Positions 1 through 10,355 are shown, counted from the stretch's first letter. The stretch is DNA of 61,280 nt from an uncultured archaeon (GCA_964583985.1 CAZOYD010000014.1:1-61280), one strand, 5' to 3'. The notes: generated from the sequence alone by a model not told the origin. Translations and numbers: made by a program.

Positions 1-142
1 GAACTTCTTTAAGATGAGCCTCTACGGGATCAGCAATAGCTATAATTTCTGAGAGAGGGGATTTTTGATAAGTTGGTAAATGCCCGATTTTTGCAGCATC
101 CCCACACCCCACCACACCAACCCTTAATTTTTTCTTCGACAT
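1..142 (-). CDS. Gfo/Idh/MocA family oxidoreductase, N-terminal part (runs off window start)
   Basis: Manual translation from ATG at 142: MSKKKLRVGVVGCGDAAKIGHLPTYQKSPLSEIIAIADPVEAHLKEV; Rossmann GxG start typical of Gfo/Idh/MocA; not in ORF track. Confidence 0.8.
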   Translation of the reverse strand, partial: MSKKKLRVGVVGCGDAAKIGHLPTYQKSPLSEIIAIADPVEAHLKEV

Positions 143-253
143 AATTAATATTTTTAAAGCAAGAAAATAAAAAAACTTTATTTAGATACTTAATCTAAAA
201 TAGTAAAGATCTTTAGAATTCATAATAAAACAAACTATTCATAAGAGATTGAT

Positions 254-943
254 ATGAAAGAAGATATGTTTAAAAATATGACCCTGATAGATTTATCTGT
301 TCCAATCTATAATGATGCTCCAATTTGGAGTGCTGAACCCCGGTGCATCGTTCATAACTGGTTTATTATCGGTCGAAATAGAGGACAAGAAGAAAGAATA
401 AATATGAAGTATTTTAGCATGTCCGGTCACCAAGGAACTCACATAGATGCTCCTTACCACCTCAATAATGAAGGAGTTAAGCTTGATGAAATTCCTTTAA
501 ATAGATTTATGGGTTGGTGCAAAGTTCTAGATTTTACTGATAAAAAACTAGGAGATCACTATAATCCTGATGATTTTATTAAAAAAAATGTCCAAAAAGG
601 TGATAATATTCTAATTCATACAGGATGGGATAAATTTTTTGATCCTTTTGATGAGAAATATTTTAATATGGATCATCCACATTTTTCAGAGGACGCAATA
701 AATTGGATTTTAGATAATAAAATTGGAATCCTGGGTATGGATACCCCCAGTACGGATCCTTCTCTAATAGACCATCCAAAAATATTCAAAAATAGGGAAG
801 ATTTTCCGATTGTTATAGAATTATTGACTAATCTCGACAAAATCGTTGATAAAGAAGTCTATCTAATCGCATTACCTATTAATGTTAAAGAGGGGGATGG
901 TTCATGGATACGTGCTGTGTGTTTTGTTCCAAACGATTCTTAA
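254..943 (+). CDS. Cyclase family metal hydrolase (kynurenine formamidase KynB-like)
   Basis: HQGTHIDAPYH (HxGTHxDxPxH), IHTGW, GMDTPS, C-terminal GDGSWIRA. Confidence 0.88.
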   Translation: MKEDMFKNMTLIDLSVPIYNDAPIWSAEPRCIVHNWFIIGRNRGQEERINMKYFSMSGHQGTHIDAPYHLNNEGVKLDEIPLNRFMGWCKVLDFTDKKLGDHYNPDDFIKKNVQKGDNILIHTGWDKFFDPFDEKYFNMDHPHFSEDAINWILDNKIGILGMDTPSTDPSLIDHPKIFKNREDFPIVIELLTNLDKIVDKEVYLIALPINVKEGDGSWIRAVCFVPNDS

Positions 944-1200
944 AAAAAAAGGGAAATCATTTATAAATTCGATTTAATAGATTTCTGACTTCTAAATCTT
1001 CGTGAACTTTTATTTTTTCCTTGTCATTATGGTTCTTTTTTAGGTTCTCTTATTTTAATAAATCCAATGGTGTCTTTGAATTTTAAATACTAAGAATAAT
1101 ATAGTTAATAAGGAAGGTCAAAGTTATTATGGAAAATTACTTTCTAAAAAAGTTGAAAGAAATAAAATACTAAAGACAAACAAAGATTAGTGTATGTATA

Positions 1201-4200
1201 ATGGGAAAAGGAAATTTTGATAAGCAAGTATTAACCAGATTCGTTCAAACAGAATGTAAAAGACAACTTTTTTTGGATTTATCTCAAACACGACCAAAAC
1301 TCTGGAGAGATCCAAATAGATTGCTAATGGATCCTAAAGTTATTCGACGAAGTTCAGATAATCTAATAAAATTAGGTCAGCGATATGAACAATTAGTATA
1401 TAGCCATTTGATTAATTTTAAAGAAGCAATTTATCAATTAAATTCAAATAAAAATGTAAAAAAATCTTACCTTAAACCAATTATATTATTAAACTTGTAT
1501 AATCAAAAAGACCAACAATCCTGGGTATTATTGGAGCATCAATATCGAATTCCTCCAAGTTTTTTTTTCAATCATTTTTTCTTTCGATCCAAAACTAACA
1601 CAATTCCTTTTTTTTGGGCTAAACAAAGACCTGATATAATAATTATTCGTCGTGAAAAGGATTTAACAATTCAACTGAATGAACTTTTGACAGATGGCAC
1701 CATCCGTGCTGTTCCAAAAGAAGAACTCAAAACAAGATGTAGCATATCAATCATTGATATTAAGAATATCAGAGATGAAAACATTGGTAAGAAGCAATTT
1801 ATTGAAATTTTATATTATATGTTCACATTATCCCACTTCTTAAAAGAATATGATTTATCGTCCAAGTTTTTTGTAAGTATTGAATTTAATGGTATTCTTG
1901 CTCGTTTAAACGAAGGGGAGATTCTCAAGATAAAAACCATTGAGAATCTCATCGCTGAAATCATACTTGTAGATTGGGAAGAATCTAATATAATAATTAA
2001 GGATTTAATCTCTCAAATAAAGAATTTATGGAAATTAGCACCATGTTCGATTGAGGAAATACCTGTTAACATACAACCTAATTGCGGATACTGTTATTTT
2101 ATTGAAGATTGCAAAGATTCACTCGGGAAGGATGGAAAAAAATCTCCTAATGAATGGGATCTAGCGTTAATTCCTTATACCACTATGTCTATTGCTCAAC
2201 AATTAAGAAATGAATATGATTTTTCTACAATAGAAGACGTTGCAACGAGGGTTAGGTCTATTAAAACTGGAGATACTCCTAATCCAATCTATTCAGAACT
2301 ACCCCTTTTGGAACTTAAAGCTAGAGCATTGATTGAGGGTAAAATCATACAACCAAAACCTGGAGATATTCATGCATATTTTATACCAAAATATTCAGCA
2401 ATCGGAATAAGTCTTGCTATAGAGACTGACCCTGCAAATCAACGAGTTTATGCTGCTGGATTATTTCTATTTATGTCAGTTTTTTCTAAAGCACCATACA
2501 GTCGTATATATGACAATTGGTGGAGAATATGGAAAGAAGGGATCGATAATTTAAAATCAAATGAAGAAATTCAATTGAAGTTAAATGAACATCTGATTCA
2601 TGAAATACCTCTTCATGTAGTAACCGAGTTTCGGGAATATCTAGAAAAATTAAAACTTAGCAGAACAATTTATCTTGCTGGGGATAAAAAATCAGATGGT
2701 GCAATAAGAAAAAAAACTGTTGTACTATATCAATTTGCAAATATCAATGAAGGAGATTCTGATGAAACTGAGGGAAGATTCGCAGAAATTATTATTTTAC
2801 GATTATATTATTTATTGGAAATGTGTAATATCATCGAAAATTATGTAGTAATTGATGCAAAAGAAGCGGGTAAATATTATGGACCCGCAACAAGTTTATT
2901 TTATTGGTCTAAAAGACAATTGAATAATTTCCAGGATATGCTTGAAAGAAATTTAAATTATATAATCAATAACAAAGAAGTAGCAATTGCTTTTGATTCA
3001 ATATTATCGTTATTTACACCGTCAGACTCTGAAGTAGCTCATCCTTATCAACATAAGAAATTATTTAATGTACAAGAATTTGCAGAATCAGTTTTCGGCT
3101 TTCCCAGTATTATCTCATATACTTGGCATAAAATAGCTAAAAAAGAATTTGGAACTTATGTCAATAAGAAATATTGGATTCCTCATTTTAATTACATGGA
3201 CTTTAATAATTGGTATGATTACATTTTAGAGGATGAGGATGAAAAGAAAAAAAAGGATATAAAAGATGAAATTAAAAGGCAAGTTATGTTTAAAGTTCGA
3301 GCGATAAACTCCTTGAGAAGCAAATTTCAAGATGAATTTAGTAATATTATATCCAAGAATGTAAGAGTTATTAACAAAACTCAATTTGATAGTATTTTTC
3401 TTAGTCCTGAATACCACCCAATTAGCCAGGTGTGGTATTTATTCTCCAAATATACTGGCGCTATGGAAGAAATGGATACAGAATATTTTAGGACTACTTT
3501 TCCTGAATTTAGTATTGGAAAACTTGCTGCGGCTCAAGTGGAAGATTTGAAAATATGGAGTGCAACAGGAAAGAAAAATATATGTGATTTTAAAATTACT
3601 TCTCTATCCAGTAATATGAATATTAATCCAGGAGATCGTGTGTATTTACTCCCCGATAATGAGAGGGATGCAAACACAATATCAAAACTCGAACAATGGA
3701 AAATAATCATCAGAGAGATGATCTGGGATCCCAAAATTAATGGATATCTTGTTTTTTCACAAGAAACAAATAGTAAAAAATTAGAAGAATATAAAGGAAT
3801 TGAAGATCATTTTTCTTGGTTTTTATATCATACATCATTAGATGTTTGGTCAAATAAATTATATAAAAAAAATGGATTATTAGAGCGATGTGATTTAGGT
3901 AAATCTTGGTTGGGATTTAGACTTTCCTACTTGTGGAAAATAAGATCAAAGCAAGAATTATATTGGCCATATACTTGGGAGTTTTCAACACCCTCTATTT
4001 ATTTATATTTACCCGAAGTAATCTCTTCTCTTAAAACGGATCTTAGCAAAGATCTCAATTCAAAATTAATAACACCAATAAATCCCATTCCAGATGAGTC
4101 TCAAGTTATAGCGATTAATAATTCTCTAAATAATGTTATCTCTGGAATTCAAGGTCCTCCTGGAACGGGAAAATCTCAAACGATTGCTGCGTTAATTGAT

Positions 4201-5673
4201 GAATATTATGAGAGATGTCTTCGTAAGGGGAAGAAAAACGTTAGAATCTTAGTTACTTGCTTTTCTTATGCGGCTTTAAAAGTTGTTTTAGATAAAATTC
4301 GAATAGGAAAAGATAAATCAAATAATCCAACTAAATCATCCCATTTACAGCTGATTTATTTAAGATCAGAATACCAGAAACAAATTGAACGAAAAAAAGG
4401 ATGTCGAAATGTTGATGATTTGCTTAGAAAAGGAGTCTCTTGGAAATTAAATGGAAAAACACGAACAGTAACCAATAAAATCCATCTGGAAGAATCCCTT
4501 GAAAAAAGTTTTATTCTTTTTGCTAATGCTCACCAATTATATCACTTAGTAGAAAGAGTTGACCCAGAATTCGCATTTGATTTAATAATTGTTGATGAAG
4601 CTAGTCAAGTTCCTATTCATTACTTCCTATCAAGCTTACAATTCATAATAAAACAAAATATCAAATTAAAAACAAAGGGCTCTCCAGGGGAACTTGGTAC
4701 TTTAATCAAAGATGAGAGCCTTATTAAAGAAATTGAACTTGAAGATAAGCTCGATCCCGAAACATTAACGAAGATTATAATTGTTGGAGATTTTAATCAA
4801 TTACCTCCTGTACAACCAGTTAAGCCACCTAAGAACTTAGAAATTATCCTTGGTAGTCTATTTACTTATTATGTCAGACAACATAATATTTCTAATATTC
4901 AATTGAAAATAAATTACCGTTCACACCAAGATATTGTTGATTTTACATCTACTTTATGTTTATATGAAGATATTACCCCGTATAAGGAAAACGCGCAAAA
5001 ATTATTAGAAGGAATAATTAATAAAGAAGAAGTATCCTGGATTAAAAGTATATTAGATCCACAAAAAGTTGCATCTGTTATCGTGCACGATAGAAAATAT
5101 GAAATTGGAGTAAGTGCTCTAGAAGCAGAATTAGTATCTAAGCTTGTAATCAGTTACTTCAATATGAAGTGTCCAAAAACTAAAAAGGAAGAAATCAGAT
5201 TCTGGAAAGAAAATCTGGGAGTTGTTGCACCCCATAATGCTCAAGGTCGCTTGATTATAAGAAAGATATTTGATAGACTAACCGATGATATGGAACGATT
5301 AACAAATTTAGAAAATACTGAATTAATGAGGAGGTTGCGAAATACTGTATATTCTGTTGAAAAATTCCAAGGGTCTGATAGAGATATCATCATCGCATCC
5401 TTTGGTTTATCCGATAAAGACCAATTAGATGCTGAAAGTGAATTTATCTATAATTTAAATAGGTTTAATGTGCTGACTTCTCGGGCTAAATACAAGCTAA
5501 TATTAATAATGAGTAAAAAGTTTCTAGGGTTCATACCTAATGATAGAGATATCATGACTCAAGCATCTCATATTCGGAAATATGCATATTCCTTTTGTAA
5601 TGAGGAAATGATAATTACGATATTAAATGAAAAAAAGGAAAAAGAAACAATAGTATATAGATATAAAAAATAA
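1201..5673 (+). CDS. Fe-S PD-(D/E)XK nuclease fused to SF1B (Upf1/Dna2-like) helicase; TM0106/Dna2-like architecture
   Basis: N-terminal C19 plus CGYCYFIEDC (C295/C298/C304); RPD...IIDIKN...EILYY nuclease motifs; helicase motifs QGPPGTGKS, LVTCFS, IVDEASQ, VGDFNQLPPV, INYRSH, VEKFQGSDRD, NRFNVLTSRAK. Confidence 0.85.
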   Translation: MGKGNFDKQVLTRFVQTECKRQLFLDLSQTRPKLWRDPNRLLMDPKVIRRSSDNLIKLGQRYEQLVYSHLINFKEAIYQLNSNKNVKKSYLKPIILLNLYNQKDQQSWVLLEHQYRIPPSFFFNHFFFRSKTNTIPFFWAKQRPDIIIIRREKDLTIQLNELLTDGTIRAVPKEELKTRCSISIIDIKNIRDENIGKKQFIEILYYMFTLSHFLKEYDLSSKFFVSIEFNGILARLNEGEILKIKTIENLIAEIILVDWEESNIIIKDLISQIKNLWKLAPCSIEEIPVNIQPNCGYCYFIEDCKDSLGKDGKKSPNEWDLALIPYTTMSIAQQLRNEYDFSTIEDVATRVRSIKTGDTPNPIYSELPLLELKARALIEGKIIQPKPGDIHAYFIPKYSAIGISLAIETDPANQRVYAAGLFLFMSVFSKAPYSRIYDNWWRIWKEGIDNLKSNEEIQLKLNEHLIHEIPLHVVTEFREYLEKLKLSRTIYLAGDKKSDGAIRKKTVVLYQFANINEGDSDETEGRFAEIIILRLYYLLEMCNIIENYVVIDAKEAGKYYGPATSLFYWSKRQLNNFQDMLERNLNYIINNKEVAIAFDSILSLFTPSDSEVAHPYQHKKLFNVQEFAESVFGFPSIISYTWHKIAKKEFGTYVNKKYWIPHFNYMDFNNWYDYILEDEDEKKKKDIKDEIKRQVMFKVRAINSLRSKFQDEFSNIISKNVRVINKTQFDSIFLSPEYHPISQVWYLFSKYTGAMEEMDTEYFRTTFPEFSIGKLAAAQVEDLKIWSATGKKNICDFKITSLSSNMNINPGDRVYLLPDNERDANTISKLEQWKIIIREMIWDPKINGYLVFSQETNSKKLEEYKGIEDHFSWFLYHTSLDVWSNKLYKKNGLLERCDLGKSWLGFRLSYLWKIRSKQELYWPYTWEFSTPSIYLYLPEVISSLKTDLSKDLNSKLITPINPIPDESQVIAINNSLNNVISGIQGPPGTGKSQTIAALIDEYYERCLRKGKKNVRILVTCFSYAALKVVLDKIRIGKDKSNNPTKSSHLQLIYLRSEYQKQIERKKGCRNVDDLLRKGVSWKLNGKTRTVTNKIHLEESLEKSFILFANAHQLYHLVERVDPEFAFDLIIVDEASQVPIHYFLSSLQFIIKQNIKLKTKGSPGELGTLIKDESLIKEIELEDKLDPETLTKIIIVGDFNQLPPVQPVKPPKNLEIILGSLFTYYVRQHNISNIQLKINYRSHQDIVDFTSTLCLYEDITPYKENAQKLLEGIINKEEVSWIKSILDPQKVASVIVHDRKYEIGVSALEAELVSKLVISYFNMKCPKTKKEEIRFWKENLGVVAPHNAQGRLIIRKIFDRLTDDMERLTNLENTELMRRLRNTVYSVEKFQGSDRDIIIASFGLSDKDQLDAESEFIYNLNRFNVLTSRAKYKLILIMSKKFLGFIPNDRDIMTQASHIRKYAYSFCNEEMIITILNEKKEKETIVYRYKK

Positions 5674-5683
5674 AAATAATTAA

Positions 5684-7243
5684 ATGATTATAATGGAACC
5701 GATGAAATTCGTTCATGTGTCCGACCTTCATCTCGGTAAAAAGCAATATAATTTAAAAGAAAGATATAATGACTATTTCCGAGTTTTTCAATGGGTTTTG
5801 GATTTTGCTATTAGTGAAAAAGTGGATTTTGTATTAATATCAGGAGATCTATTTGATAATAAAAATATTAATCCCTCCGTTCTGAGTGACGTATTTTATT
5901 TAATTAAGGATTTTAAAGAAAGGAGTTCTTTAGAATTAAACATTGAAATTCCAATAATATGTATAGAAGGAAATCATGACAATCCCATTTATAAAACTAA
6001 TTCATGGATGAGTTTTTTGGCAGATTTAAATCTCATCATCTTGCTTGCTGGAAGTTACGATAAAGATAGTAAAGAATTAACTTTTCAACCATATTCTACT
6101 TCAAATCATAGAGGTGGAATGATCCAAATTAAAGACGCCATGATATATGGTCTTCCCTATTATGGAAGTTTTACTAAACATTTGTTTCCCGCAATTTATA
6201 AAGCAATTCCCAAAAAAAATAATAAATTCAACATTTTATTGATGCATTTCGGTATTGAAGGCCAAGATAAAACGAAGCCAGGAATTGAGTTAACTCCTAA
6301 TCTTAAAAAATTACATGATAAAATAGATTATTTAGCTTTGGGTCATTATCATAAGAATTATACATTAGAAGAACAAGATAAATGGATATTTAATCCAGGA
6401 AGTATAGAATTGAATGATCTTAGTGAACTTTCTTATAATAGAGGTGCCTTTTTAGCAGAAATATCTGGAAATGAATATTACCAAAAGAATTTAAAATTTA
6501 TCGAATGTGATAATGGGAATAAAGATCCTAACAAGATTCCAAACAGGGAATTTTTTCAAATTCGCCCAATAAATATTACAGGAATGAGCTCTTTTGAAAA
6601 CGCTATGGAGCACATATTTAAAAGATTGAAGCAATATGGATTGCCACTTCGAGATGAAAATAAAGAGATAAATAAGAGTGATTTAAATTGTCCAATTGCC
6701 ACATTTAAAATAGAAGGCGAAGTGGGATTCTCTCGATTAGAAATCAATTTAAACAAGCTGAAAGAAGAAATAATGCAAAGATACGCAATTTTAGATATTC
6801 GAATTTCTTCTAAAGAGTTATTTTCTGCTTTAGATTTAATAAAAATCGAAGAAGAAGAATTGACTATTGATGCAATCGAACGTATTGTGTTCAGCGCTTT
6901 GATAGATCAGAATGAAGAGTATAAATCCTTAAAACCAGAAATCCTTAGTTTAATAGACGATTTCAAGACCGAGTTGATATTAAAAAAGCCAAATTATATG
7001 AAATTAAAAGAAGAACTGATTCAATGGAGTGAATTAAATATTAATGATTTTAAAAAACTCGATATTAAAAAGAATAAACCTATCAGTGAGAGTCCTGAAT
7101 TATCTAATCTTGAGAAAATGAAAAATGAAGATTTTAAAAAAGAGATTGAAGGTGAAGAAGAACAAGATTTTGGTGATTATGATGATTTCGATGATCTTGA
7201 TAGTTTTATAGATGATGGTTTCGATGATTCTGGAGATGATTGA
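5684..7243 (+). CDS. mre11: Mre11/SbcD family DNA repair nuclease with acidic C-terminal tail
   Basis: Phosphoesterase motifs SDLHLG, GDLFD, GNHD, MHFG, LGHYH, NPGS; directly upstream of Rad50/SbcC. Confidence 0.92.
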   Translation: MIIMEPMKFVHVSDLHLGKKQYNLKERYNDYFRVFQWVLDFAISEKVDFVLISGDLFDNKNINPSVLSDVFYLIKDFKERSSLELNIEIPIICIEGNHDNPIYKTNSWMSFLADLNLIILLAGSYDKDSKELTFQPYSTSNHRGGMIQIKDAMIYGLPYYGSFTKHLFPAIYKAIPKKNNKFNILLMHFGIEGQDKTKPGIELTPNLKKLHDKIDYLALGHYHKNYTLEEQDKWIFNPGSIELNDLSELSYNRGAFLAEISGNEYYQKNLKFIECDNGNKDPNKIPNREFFQIRPINITGMSSFENAMEHIFKRLKQYGLPLRDENKEINKSDLNCPIATFKIEGEVGFSRLEINLNKLKEEIMQRYAILDIRISSKELFSALDLIKIEEEELTIDAIERIVFSALIDQNEEYKSLKPEILSLIDDFKTELILKKPNYMKLKEELIQWSELNINDFKKLDIKKNKPISESPELSNLEKMKNEDFKKEIEGEEEQDFGDYDDFDDLDSFIDDGFDDSGDD

Positions 7244-9903
7244 CAAATATGATAATAACAAAAGTAGAACTCGAAAATATAACGACACATAAATCCACCG
7301 TTATAAACTTTCAAGACGGATTAAATGTCTTGCTTGGTCAAAATGGTACTGGTAAATCTACAGTGCTAAATATGATTGGATTTAATTTATTTGATTTCTT
7401 GCAGGGAAATCAGAAAAGTTATATTCGTGAAGATGTTTTGAATCGCACTAATTATGGGAGTATAAAGGTCTGGATTGTAGGATTAAATGATGATCAATAT
7501 ATTATTAATAGGACAATTGGGAAACAAGCAAATATTATTGAAGTCTCTGATGCTAAAACAGGTACTTTATTAGCGGGTATTAATGACAAATCAAGCTTAA
7601 GGCAATGGTTAAAATCTCAAATTGGATTAAAGCGTGAATTCAATTTATCAAAAATATTTAACACGTCTGTAGGCGTCCCTCAAGGCACGTTTACTGAGCC
7701 ATTTCTAAGATCCCCTCAAGGTCGGAAAGATTTCTTTGATCCTATTTTGCAGGTCGAAGTATACAGGGCCATATGGACAAAAATTAAGGCACTCCAAAAT
7801 TCATTTATTGAGGATATTCATCAATTTGAAAAAGACGCTCAAAACATAAAAGGATTTATAGAAAACAAAGAAGATTTAATAAAGAAAGCTGATAATGCAA
7901 AAGCAAATTTGGAACATTTAGAAGAAAATGAAAAAAAATTACAAATTCAATTGAAAAAGGTGAATGAAAAACACGATACTCTATCGAAACTTAAATTGGA
8001 TTTAGAGGAAGTTATTCAATCTATTAAAGAGTTAGACGGAAAAAGAAAAGAACTAATTTCATGGATAAAAGAAAAAAAGGAAGATCTTAAAAAAGCAACA
8101 GAATCGAATGAGATATGTCGCAAAACTAAAAAGCATTATGATGAGTATGAGAATTTGAGTCAAAAATTGAACAAACTTAGTGATATTATTGAACTTGAAT
8201 CAAAAATTGAACACAAACTTCAAGATATTGATAAAATTGAATCTTCTGCAAAAGATTTAGATAAGTTCAAGCTTGATTATAAAAAAGATATTGAATTGCA
8301 AAGCAAAATCCAGGAAAAACAAGAGTTAATATCACAAATTAATAACTTTAGAAATCAAATGAACGAATATAGAGATAAATACACAGATCTTAGTAAAAAA
8401 ATCGACGATAAAGAAAAACTTGTAAGTAATTTTCCAGAAATTGAATCAATGGTAACTAATCTTGAGAAAATTCTTGAAAGTCAAGGGATTTTAGAAAATG
8501 AAATCATAGTGTTAGAAACAGAATTAAAGCAATTTGAGATTAATAAAGAACAGTCCAAAAATGGGAAATGTCCTATTTTAAATGAAAAATGTAAAAATAT
8601 TGAAGGAAAATCACTTGAGAAGATTTTTGAAAAGAAAATCGAAACATGGAAGAAAAACCTAAATCCAAAAAAGAAAGAATATTTGGAAAATGAAAAGAAA
8701 TTGATAAAATTTGAAGCTATAAAGAAAGAATACGAAACTCTTAAGGGGTCCAATTTAGAAATAGAGCTTCTTAAGAAACAAAAGCTAGAGATGGGGCGTG
8801 AGATCCAAAAAATCAGCAATAATCTAAAAGATGAAACTATTGAGAAAGAAATATTAACCAATCTGAAAGAAACTAAGAAATCTTTGGAGGAAAACATAAC
8901 ACAATATCATATCCTAAAAGAAAAAATCGAAAAAGATTTACCGAAATTATCTGATGAGGTAAAATTGTTACAAAAGGAAAAAAATATATTAATTAAAAAC
9001 TTAAGTTTAACGAATGAAGGTAAAGATTCTTCCGAAAATTTCTCTACAACATTTAATTCAATCACGGACAAAATGAATGAAATCCGAGAAAATCATGATG
9101 AATTTCAAAAAAATGAAAAACTTGCTATGGAATTGCCAGAACTTAAAATTGAGTTAAATGATTATGAGGAGAAATTAAAAATCAATGAGGATAAGCTAAA
9201 AATTCTGATGGAAAATAGGGAAAAAATCGAAAAAGAATTTGATATTGAGGAATATAACAGAATTACAACACAAAAAGAAGAAATTAATGAATCTTTTATT
9301 AGAGTTCATGAAAGCATTAAAAATGAGAGTAATAGGATCGAAGAATTATCACATCAAATAGATGTTATTTTTGAAAAAGAGAAGGAATTATTCGAAATTA
9401 ATGATAAATTAGATAGCTTAGAATTTTTAGAGAAATTCATCGATACCATCAGAACATGGTACAAAGAAGCATCTCCCATCATTACTGAATCACTCCTAAA
9501 AAGAATAAATTTAATCGCTTCAGATATTTATCGTGACTTATTAGACATAGAGAATGTTCAACTAAGGTGGGACAAGAATTATAATGTTAAAATCGAAACA
9601 AGCAATAGTGTAAGGGAATTTCGTCAATTATCTGGAGGAGAACAAATGGCTGCTGCTCTTGCGGTGCGCCTTTCTATTTTAAAAATCCTTACAAATGCAG
9701 ATTTTGCTTTTTTCGACGAACCAACAACGAATTTGGATAAAGATAAACGCAACAATTTAGCTAAATGCATACAAAATATCAAGGGTTTTCGTCAAATATT
9801 TGTGATTTCTCATGATGATACGTTTGAAGAGAATGCTGAAAACGTTATTAGGTTCACTAAGGATGATGATGAAATAACCCACGTGCAATTTCTAAGTAAT
9901 TAA
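7240..9903 (+). CDS. rad50: Rad50/SbcC SMC-family ATPase (alternative in-frame ATG start at 7249)
   Basis: Walker A GQNGTGKST, Q-loop GVPQG, long coiled coil with central CPILNEKC, LSGGE, Walker B FDEPTTNLD, ISHD. Confidence 0.92.
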   Translation: MTNMIITKVELENITTHKSTVINFQDGLNVLLGQNGTGKSTVLNMIGFNLFDFLQGNQKSYIREDVLNRTNYGSIKVWIVGLNDDQYIINRTIGKQANIIEVSDAKTGTLLAGINDKSSLRQWLKSQIGLKREFNLSKIFNTSVGVPQGTFTEPFLRSPQGRKDFFDPILQVEVYRAIWTKIKALQNSFIEDIHQFEKDAQNIKGFIENKEDLIKKADNAKANLEHLEENEKKLQIQLKKVNEKHDTLSKLKLDLEEVIQSIKELDGKRKELISWIKEKKEDLKKATESNEICRKTKKHYDEYENLSQKLNKLSDIIELESKIEHKLQDIDKIESSAKDLDKFKLDYKKDIELQSKIQEKQELISQINNFRNQMNEYRDKYTDLSKKIDDKEKLVSNFPEIESMVTNLEKILESQGILENEIIVLETELKQFEINKEQSKNGKCPILNEKCKNIEGKSLEKIFEKKIETWKKNLNPKKKEYLENEKKLIKFEAIKKEYETLKGSNLEIELLKKQKLEMGREIQKISNNLKDETIEKEILTNLKETKKSLEENITQYHILKEKIEKDLPKLSDEVKLLQKEKNILIKNLSLTNEGKDSSENFSTTFNSITDKMNEIRENHDEFQKNEKLAMELPELKIELNDYEEKLKINEDKLKILMENREKIEKEFDIEEYNRITTQKEEINESFIRVHESIKNESNRIEELSHQIDVIFEKEKELFEINDKLDSLEFLEKFIDTIRTWYKEASPIITESLLKRINLIASDIYRDLLDIENVQLRWDKNYNVKIETSNSVREFRQLSGGEQMAAALAVRLSILKILTNADFAFFDEPTTNLDKDKRNNLAKCIQNIKGFRQIFVISHDDTFEENAENVIRFTKDDDEITHVQFLSN

Positions 9904-10022
9904 GCTAAAAAAGTCTTTGCAAATAATTTCTCATTTTCTCAAAGAGACAGTAATGCTTATTTAAAAGGCGTTCTATTAATCCAAAAGAGTAAAAAAAAGT
10001 TTAATAGTTATTTTTATTTGGG

Positions 10023-10355
10023 TTATCCCAATTCGTATTTCTCCATTAATGGCTCAGTCTTCCTCATTTTTTTCATCCTGTATGCTTTAGTCATTTTGAA
10101 CTCTATAAGATATACCACTATGGAAATAACCAGAAGCACAAATACGCTGATTGTCATAGGATTTATAAAGACCCTCATATAATATTCCACCACCTGTGCT
10201 ATTTCTTGAGGACTATAACTCTGCATATATTGTTGCAACTGTTGGATGAATGAAACAATTGCTATAGTCAATTGTGCTATTACAAAACCCATAGCAAAAA
10301 GGATGTATTTATATAAATTAAAAGTCATTTTTTCCATTTTTATCACCCTCACCAA
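10023..10355 (-). CDS. Small membrane protein (2 TM), hypothetical
   Basis: Two hydrophobic helices; fills the intergenic gap. Confidence 0.6.
   Translation of the reverse strand: MVRVIKMEKMTFNLYKYILFAMGFVIAQLTIAIVSFIQQLQQYMQSYSPQEIAQVVEYYMRVFINPMTISVFVLLVISIVVYLIEFKMTKAYRMKKMRKTEPLMEKYELG

Noticed and set aside
1201-2112. Cas4/CRISPR association of the Fe-S nuclease domain
   Set aside because: No cas genes or repeat-spacer array seen; the domain is fused to an SF1 helicase
3226-8897. Short antisense ORFs inside the helicase, mre11 and rad50 genes (3226, 3534, 6556, 7100, 8481)
   Set aside because: Shadow ORFs opposite well-supported genes, with F/L/S/I-rich composition typical of antisense frames
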